Both the position numbers and the translations under genes were made by a program. A model generated the notes under the pieces. It searched no databases and was not told where the DNA came from. It saw nothing but the letters and a program-made list of their open reading frames with translations. From Trichinella spiralis (taxonomy: Eukaryota): 64,000 nt of DNA. The DNA lies in assembly GCF_000181795.1 (NCBI RefSeq), contig NW_003526943.1, positions 5,096,588 to 5,160,587 on the forward strand, read 5' to 3'. Of the stretch, positions 54,793 through 64,000 are shown piece after piece (within the stretch, counting starts at the first letter, position 1; each line of letters begins with the position of its first letter).

Positions 54793-57700
54793 ATGATATT
54801 ACCGCTAATAAGGCCTAACTCTGCACTGACTCTCACCTCCCAACTAATCTTTTGTGCAGTTTTTTTCCCTGGACTGATTGAAGGTCAGGTGCCACGCGAA
54901 TGTGCTAACGAAGGACTTTTAACACAGCGCATTTCTTGCTGTCCAACGCCAGATGGTAAGTTACACTGCTCTTGATGCGCTCTTTGCTGCATATCCATTT
55001 TGACTATTTCACCTTTGTAACTATTAACTGTGCACTTTATCACATTATCTTAATCAACGATCATGGCACAGAGTTGTTATTCAGATTATTTTATACTTCA
55101 ACTTCACAACTTTTAAAATTAATTTATAAATTTAATATTTAATTCCATTTTTGTTACCGTTGCCGAGCAATTTAAAATCACAAGCTTATCTTTGCACGTG
55201 ATCTGATTTTGTATGATTTTAATGAAAAAGTCCCAAAATTAATAAAGCATCATTCAGTTTTATCTTATTTTATTTCAAAAGAAGTATCCATTGCAAGAGA
55301 ATAACGTACTTGAAAAATGTCCTAAGCAACGCTAGATCCCAGGATTAACGTTGTTTTTACCAATTGGTATGCATTTATGCAAAGTTGTTTAGTTTTTCTT
55401 TTAATTGCTTTTTCCTTTTATGAACAGAATTTAAATTTAATGGATTCTATATTTATATAACTTATCAAATAATTTATTGCATCAAGTGGATTGAAGATAT
55501 GCTTCAGTTTTTACGAAGATGATTCACATTTGTTCACAGCGGCTGGTACAGCTGTTACAAATTTGCCATTCGTCATAATTTTGTCCTTGATACATATGAT
55601 TCATTTGCAGTGCAAACAAAAGCTGCATGCCAGAATAATAAATGTCCACTGAAAGCTTTCCTGCTTAATAGACATTCGGCACCAATTTGGTAGAATATAA
55701 ATAATTTAATATTGCTTGTAATGCCTAATTTGATTATTTCATGCTTTGTCGAATGAAGCAGTTATAAATAAAGCTTTCTTCACATTTCTATTAAAGTGGA
55801 ATTGTTAGTTTGAATAAAGATTGCAAATACTTTTATATACATCTGCAAATTTCACAAATTTATTAAATTAAATGTAATTGATATGGTTGTGCATTTGTTG
55901 CAATATATAAAATATATTTCTAAACTTTTATTTTTCATATAAATTTTACAAAAATGGAATTGAATATTTTGTTTTTACAGCTGAAAAATTACATCTCCAA
56001 ACTTATATTGGGAATATTTTTGAATGGCAAAGTGTTCCGCGTCATTTTGCACTCTTGAAATGGTTCGGATTTTCCTCCAGATGCGTGACTTTTATATGTA
56101 AAGCGCATCTGTTGCTATTTCTGACAGCACTGAGGCGCTAGTTTCACTCTTATCTGACACTAATGTTCACCAAATGCTAACTGCTTAACTCCACTTTAAG
56201 CTGAATGATTTAGTATCTACTAGCTGGAATGTGTCTCATCAGCTGAAAAAGATAAAGATCAGCGCAGGGTAATTTATAGTACGAACTGAAAACTAATTAA
56301 TTATAACGAAACATATCACATGATGATTGCAAAGCTTTTTTCTAATGTTGAATTTTTTTCAATCGGCTGTTACTATATTTAAATTTAATTACGTTAGGTG
56401 AACGTGAAATTTAAATGTCAGTGGAAAAGAATTTTCTTTCAATTCAAAGCAGCAGTTTGTTTGGAAAATATTTATAGTTTGTTAAATTTTTATTCTTCTG
56501 CCTGAAAATTAACCTAAGTATGTAAATGTCATTATTTGCTGATGGAGCAGTCGAAGCATGTGGAGGTAGCATCCTCTTATAATAGCTTTTCACGAAGATA
56601 TGCACTTCTGCATCCACTATTATGCAATGTTATTCTTTATTTATCAAAAGTGGAAGGATATCCACTTTTAAAATGCCGTCCATTAAGATTTGTAATTATT
56701 ATGAAATGATTTCATTAAAAATGAGAAATTTATTTCATGTTTTGTATAATAAAAGCTTTTGTAAAATTTTTATTCAACAAAGTTGACTCATAAATTTAAT
56801 AAACGCTCATAATTATTGCAGTAAATCAGTAAATTTTATAATATTAAATTTATGATGGAAAAACCATTTGCAAAATCAACTGCGCACGTTTCAATGAGTT
56901 GTTGGCTGTTTCAACGCGCTTGTATAATGACATTTGCAGAACTTCATCACAAATATTCATTTCATCAATAAATATTTCTCTTTTTTGTCAAGTTGATGTT
57001 CATAAGCTCGGTAGTTTTTAATTGGAAAATGGATTTGTACATGAGTTGTTGTCAAAAAGAATAAAGAAGCTGATATTTAATAATCATAAAGCTCTGTCAT
57101 ACGTGAAGCATTCGGTCTGTTTGGTCAGCTAAATAATAAGCTTCGCGTTTATTGTTCATCAATGAGCCGTTTCTATTGTTGACCTGAGCTTGTTACTTTT
57201 CAGTGTCGCGTGTCTGATAAAGGAGAAAAACAGCGACAGCGTCTCGCATGTGTTTCCGCTTTACAGTTCATATATTGATGAATTATCAGAAACGGCGACT
57301 GTATTGCAAAAGAGAGGAGCAGAAGCTCTTATCCATTTTGAAGGATAATAACAAATTGATTATACAATCCTTCTCAGCGTGTGTTCAACAAATTGTAATA
57401 ATTAAATCGAAATTATTCCCTTCTTTTCAATGAATTTGCATAAAACTGGAAATTGTCCGAGGCTGACTTCAATGCAAACGATGTAAAAAAGTACAATTGC
57501 AAAAATGTTTTTATCGTTGTATTTATTTTATTAAATTTAGTAGAAAATATTGTTTTTTTGTTTTAATTTCATAGTGCGATTTGTAGGTTTTGATAAACCG
57601 TGCGGTGGACCTGGACGTGGGAATTGTGTGAAATTAGAGAATCCAGAAAGAAACAGAGAAACAGACTTATTGACGCCGAAATTAGATACAGTATTTTCCA

Positions 57701-59549
57701 TGTGGCCAAATTCTATTTATAAAGAAATTTGCGTTTGCAGTGGTCATTTCACTGGTTCCAAATGTGATGAATGTGTTGCTGGATATCGCGGGCCGAACTG
57801 TGAACACCGAATGCACAGTAAAGTGCGTAAGTGGATTAACCATGTCAATTCAGAAGAGGCAGATTTGTTATTAAAAGCTTTCCGACTAGCTCAGCATCTT
57901 TCCTCTGATCAATTGACCCTGTTGCCAATAGCTAACGGTGCAATTGAGCTGAAACAGTTAACCATCTTTGAACATTACGCTTGGATTCATTACATGGCAA
58001 GTGCAGAACAATGCTTTGGCATGGGATACGGTACTGGTTCAGCTTTTCCCACTTGGAATCGAGCATTTCTGTTACAGCTTGAATCAACTCTTGCTCGTCT
58101 GGTTCAAAATCATTCATTAACTTTGCCTTATTGGTTTTGGTTTATTCCGGAACCTGACAATCCTGTTGTCGGAAATTCTACAATTTTTGCCGCTCTTGAT
58201 GCACTAGCTGATCAGATGAGCATATGCCAAACGTGGGCAGCACGTTTGCAGCCGTTGTGCGATATATGCAGCAGTCGTGCAGTGACATTGAAGTATTACA
58301 ATTTGAACGACTACAATCAAACGTTGTTACAAATTCAACGACTGTTGGATCACGTAGACGATGAGGATTTGAAAAAGCAGTTGAATTTCATTTTGCACAG
58401 AACGTTATATGTACAAAACGGTGGATTATTAGGATTCACAGATGAACTTGACGCACTGGTTTCACACTTAAGTCCTGTATTAATGGATGGCTTGCACAAT
58501 GTCAGCAACGATGAAAAAGTATTTCTTTTTTCACTTTTTATACATTTATTTTTCACTCTACAATTTTATAACATTCATCTTTGTTAACTTGATTTCATAC
58601 TATTATTTATCATCATTTGACAACATTTCTCCATTTCAGTTAAATTTATATAGTTTGATAATTTTCAATTATATCTTCATTACTGCTTTTTTAACTTTAA
58701 AAACAGTTTTAAATTCAATTTGACTAAAAAGAGAATTTTGTATAGTTTCATTCGTTTATAATTTGCGTTGCAAAATAATGAATGTTTGTTTCATTTCACT
58801 TTCTTTGTCAAGGCGATCGCTGTGCTACGTTATCTGCTTCGTTTTCCAGCAGATTTGAACGCTGAAAATCCATTGTATTATTTGGCGTTGTCGGCTATTG
58901 ATTGGTTATTTGATCGTTGGCAAAAAATTAATCACGTCGCTCTTAATCAAATTTCCTTCACCACTTTACGAGGAAAAAACAAATTCGATCCAATCGTGCC
59001 TCTCTTTCCAACAAATACTCATGGCGATTATTTTGGTGCAACTACATCATATGGTTATAAATTTGAAAAGATCATTCCACGCACTCATCTGTGTATGTCT
59101 GTCGCATGCTTCATATGTACATATATCTATATACATATAGATACATGTTTGTGTGTGTGTGCGTGTATACCTAAAATCTTTTTTTTTTTATTTTTCCAGC
59201 TCTACCATTTTTCTTGGTCATTCAAGTGATCTGTTTAACAACTGTTGTTGTCGTGGTGCTATTCCTTTGCCGTCTCTTCACGCCGCTCAAGTCGAAACTG
59301 CATGCTCAAGAAGCAGAAGATCCTTTAATTGACAACGGTCTTACCAGCACCATTGTTGAAATAGAAAATCCCGCGCCGAATGGAAAGCACAACACGGTCG
59401 AAGAACCCTGGACAACAGGAGAAGACACAACGGCTGAACAACATGTCCAAGTCACAAGCTCTTTGTACACAGTCAACGACGATGCCAACATCAACACCGG
59501 CAGCATAGTTTCCATCGATGCTAGCCCAAGATCCGCTTCCAGTGATTGA
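54793..59549 (+). CDS. Tyrosinase-related (TYR/TYRP1/DCT-type) membrane glycoprotein with degenerate metal sites; exons 54793-54955, 57587-58500 (or 58518), 58813-59092, 59200-59549
   Basis: Signal peptide then QVPRECA..CCP..PCGGPGRGNC..WPNSIYKEICVCSGHFTGSKCDECVAGYRGPNC (TYRP Cys-rich domain), VRK, AWIHY, AFPTWNRAFLLQLE..LPYW, CDICS, LHN, ENPLYY..IDWLFDRW, IVPLFP..GYKF, TM helix and cytosolic EAEDPLI. Confidence 0.85.
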
Positions 59550-59845
59550 AATTCAATTCGCTACAAATCAAATCATCTCCCATCTCATCGAATCACTCAC
59601 TCACTCACATTCATTGAATCATTTTGTTCGTTTGTTTTATTTTTCGTTTTCTAACATATGCTGTTTTTAAAATAAATATTTTAAATTACTGTAACAGTAT
59701 ACATAAAATAAATACATTTATATAGATGATGACCATACTACTATACTGCACGTATCACAAATAAGTAACATGTCGAATTGTGCGTATTTGTGTTATTATG
59801 AGAAATGAATTGATTAAATCGCAGCAGATATGAATGAAAAAAAAA

Positions 59846-62800
59846 TTAAGCCTTCGATCTACGACTGCTTCTTTTTCCATCTTGTACATCAGTTTTGCGT
59901 TTTTCAGGGGTAGCTGCTGACGAACCACTTCGTCCAGATTTGCAATTGTTTCGATTTCGTCCTCCGCCACTGCTTTTGTCGTTTTGCTCAACGTCGTGCA
60001 TTTCTTTTTCAATTAAGCTTATCAAAGTGTTACATCGTCGTTGCAACTCCTGAAAAAAAAACAAAAAGAAGCGTAAAACAAAAATCAAGCTCGTTCACAA
60101 ATGATATACCATAGCTGTTCGAGATTTCAAAAACCAGTCAAATCGAAACTGTGGTGCCACTCGGATTGCTTGTCGCAATTCTTCATACAAATTTTCCTTT
60201 CCAAAGCCAATCTCGTGTAACATGCAAACCAAAAATCTTAAAAAAAAGAACAATATGAATTAATTAAAATGCTGAATTCAAAAAAAATTTCATTAAACTA
60301 AACAGCAAAAAATGGGTAGCTTCTATTTCTTTACCTGTCTTCTTCTTCGGTATAATTTTTCCCCTTATTTGTACCGTACTGTACACGCAGCTGATGGAAC
60401 GGTGCTCTGTATCGTGCAATTTTCGACTCCAACGCACGTTTCACACTGAGACGCTTCTGAATTCGAGCTTCTCCTCTTTCAATTTGACCCAAAACACGGT
60501 CAATATCCGCCAGTTCACAACAACGAGCCCAAAATACTTTGTAAAATTCTCGAACCTGAAAATTGAACAATAAAGCAAAACTCAAGGGTCAATCAATCTA
60601 AACTGCCTCAAACTAACCTCATCAGGAGATTTGCCATCCACTTCTTGGGCAATATTTTCAACATCGTTACGGCCGTATTTTTCATTCGCCTTGATAAACT
60701 GATTAAATTCCCGCCGAGACCAGTTGCTAAATCCACAATGCAACAACTGCTCCTTTTCAGCCAATTCTTCTTCTGTCAGTGGTACAGCTTCATCAATTTT
60801 CTTTTGTTCATCTTCTTGCCGTTTCAAAGCTTCTTCAGGTGGAAGATCTTGCATCAGGGGAACCTGCAAATTACAATCAACTTTACATTTTACTTTAAAA
60901 ATATTTACAAACACATGTAATAATAATTCGTATATACAGTAATGCAAAAAATAAATATAATAATAATACTACACAACTTTTATAATAGAAAAAAAACAAT
61001 ATACGTATATATATATTACCTTATAACCGATAGTCTTTCGATAATAATAGACTTCTCTTTCACAGAGATGCAACAAACGAGGTGGATAGAAGTGAAAATC
61101 TTGTATCTGCGGTTGCTTTGGTGGCCTTGGAGCTTTGGGTGCTTTTGGTTCCACATGTGGACGGAGTGCATCTCTAGAAAAAAAAGTACATATTAAAAAA
61201 ATATAATCTAAAATACATAAAAACAAATAGAAGCACCTGAAATAAGCATCGATTTGATAATTCGCTTTGCGTTCTCTTTTCGGAGGCTCAATCCAATAGC
61301 CAAGAGCTTTTCGCTGTTTGCCTCTATAATCTTTCCCTTCAAATTGATACACCGAAGAAGCTTCTTGCGTGTCCAAAGTGAAGTTTCGCAAAGAACTTTC
61401 TCCCAGTTCTTCTAAACGACGCTTCAAAGCCTAAAAGCAAACAAACCAACGATACAAATTTTCCAAACAAGAAAAAAGTCAAACATTACTTCATTCTTTT
61501 CTTCGGATCTCGCCAAAATGCAGTCAATATCTTCTTCGGTAATTTCCGACTCCTTTCCTGCAAACACATGATCCGCACCATGCCGAATCATGGTCAACAT
61601 CTCGTCTTTTCCAAGAGATTTTTGAGTTTCGGCCAGCCGCCCTTGCTGAATTACCACAGTGTCCAAGCGCAGTTTTATTTCTGCACGTTCCACAATCCGC
61701 TCTTCGACAGTATTTTCGGTGATCAATCGAAACACTCGAACAGTCTTTTTCTGACCAATTCGATGAGCTCGATCCATCGCCTGAAGATCCATCTGAGGAT
61801 TCCAATCTGAATCATACAATATAACAATATCTGCTGTTGCCAAATTAATGCCAAGACCGCCAGCACGCGTGGTTAGCATAAAAATAAACTTTTCGCTGTT
61901 CGGGGCATTGAAAGCATCAATTGAGGCCTACAATAAAATAAATGCATGCTTCATTAAAACTGAATGCAAATCGAAATGAGTTACTTGTCGCTCTTGATGT
62001 GGAGTTTGTCCGTCCAAGCGACAATACGGATACTGCTTCCACAAGCAGTAATCTTCCAAAATATCAAGCATTCTGGACATCTGCGAAAAAATCAAAACTC
62101 TCGAACCTTAAACAACAAAAGATTGCATTCACAATTTTTAACATTTCTGCTAAAGAAAAAACCTTGTTCTTTCAATTTAGGCAAAAGCTTGTCGACAAGA
62201 ACCATTTTGCCACAATTATCTACCAAATGTTGATCAGTAGTAAATGGCGGTCCCGGTTCCGCACCATCGAATAAGTAAGGATGATTGCAACATTTTCTTA
62301 GTTGCATAAGAATGTTCAACAAACGAGCCTTTTCTAATTTGCCTGCTCCGTTAACAATATCAATATCTTTCATTAGAATTTTTGTATACCTAAAAAACAT
62401 AAAAATAAAAATAAACACATGCAAAATGAAAAACTGCAAAAAATAACAAACCAATCTCGCTGAAGCTTCGACAAGCCAATGTAAATTTTTAGCTCCTTTT
62501 TCGGAGGAAGCGCTTTCTCTACTTCAGATTTCAAACGTCGAAGTAAAAACGGTTTCAGAACCTAACAAATATTTACATTACAATTATAACAAACATAATT
62601 AATAAAAATGAGATAGTGAAACGTACGGTGTGCAACCGCTCCACGAGTCCAGTATCACCAAAACATGAACTCGTGTTAAACCAAGCGTCAAAATCATCCG
62701 AGCTGTTGAAAACATCTGGCAACAAAAAATTTAATAAGGCCCACAGTTCATGCAAATTATTCTGCAGAGGAGTTCCAGTTAAAAGTAATCGATGCGAAGA

Positions 62801-64000
62801 TCTAAACTGACGAACAATCTCTGACAGCTGAAAATAAAGAAAAAATTTGTATACAAAACAATTAAAATTTCAACATTTAATGCAAAACAATAAACTCAGC
62901 ATAATCATCTTTAACAAACTAAAATAAAAATATGCAAACATTATACTTTTGACTTTTCATTTTTAATTCTGTGGGCTTCGTCAATAACAATGTATCGCCA
63001 GTTGAATTTCCGCAGAACGCACTTTTCGCGAATAGCCATCTCATAACTCGTAACGCACACATCCCATTTGCCAGGCATGAGTTTTTCATTAATAATAGCA
63101 TCCTAAATTTTCATTCGGTGATTCAATGAGCACAAAAAACTTATAAAAACGCATTTAACTTACTCGAGTTTCCTGATCACCAATCAACTGAACGACAACA
63201 ATAGACGGGCACCAACGATTGAATTCATTCACCCAGTTGGGCAATGTTGACTTTGGACAAATTACCAAATGCGGACTCGGCATGTTTTTATAATGCTTCA
63301 AATAACCAATAAAGGAAATAGTTTGAAGAGTTTTGCCCAAGCCCTGAATTAAATAATAAATAAGTGAATGAACTATGGATTTCATTATGCCCTCACCATT
63401 TCATCGGCTAAAATACCATTGATCCCATTCTCTAATAAAGCAATCATCCAGTTTAAACCGCGAATTTGATAATCTCGCATTTCACCTCCTTTGATATCTA
63501 AAACGAATACTTTTATTACGATGGAAAAATTTAAGCAAAATTCAATTTCTTACACCAAGGAGATTGTGCAAAGCAAAAAATGTTTGCATTATGACGTTCC
63601 TCTTCTAACAATTCCTCATCCTCTTCTTTTTCAGTTTTGCGATGTCGGTGATCGCCAACAGCTGAAACCTTCGGAATCACTTTACCGTCTTTCTTTTCTT
63701 TAATTTTCAAAGGAGAACCAAGTTTCTTCCCTTCTAATAATTTATAACAAAGATGTTGAAACAAACAAGTAAAAATAATTAAACTCACCAGTCAACGCGC
63801 CGCTAGACACAAAATGTGAATACACTTCTGTCTGTTTCAACAGATATTCAAAACGCTTTGCCTGATCATTCAATACTTGATCGTAATGATCTCCAGTATC
63901 CGGTCTAGCAACTTTTGCGATCTTAGAGCTCTTAACATCCAAATAATCTTCTTCCTCGCTTTCACTTTGACGGCGAGATGAAGACGGCTCTGAATAATCT
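59846..64000 (-). CDS. isw-1: ISWI/SMARCA5 chromatin-remodelling ATPase, multi-exon, 5' end beyond the window
   Basis: [116 protein letters not shown] ([43 protein letters not shown]). Confidence 0.97.

Overview
AT-rich, intron-containing eukaryotic genomic DNA, most likely from a clade I nematode (Trichinella-like). The evidence is short GT-AG introns, a dpy-31 orthologue, non-SL1 spliced-leader RNA genes and a Trichinella-type transposase remnant. About 17 protein-coding genes can be reconstructed by hand: a TRAIP-like RING E3, two cathepsin B paralogues flanking FRA10AC1, mrpl-51, the C-terminal exon of a KCNQ-type channel after an N gap, GRWD1, the dpy-31 astacin, bcl-7, laat-1/PQLC2, DUS2, ATP synthase beta, a small secreted cystatin-like protein, a divergent THADA, a 2-Ig membrane protein, a tyrosinase-related membrane protein and ISWI (5'-truncated). 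The main observations are: (1) two divergently transcribed SL RNA genes with different leaders, the same fold and a shared 13-bp upstream element at exactly -63; (2) a vertebrate-type TYR/TYRP1-like protein that has lost four of six metal-binding histidines but keeps a TYRP1-like dileucine sorting signal; (3) a 119-aa secreted cystatin-like gene absent from the ORF track; (4) a 2-Ig receptor with two PPxY motifs and a PDZ-binding tail; (5) an apparent alternative exon in dpy-31. All family assignments come from remembered motifs, not database searches, and the exon boundaries are manual.
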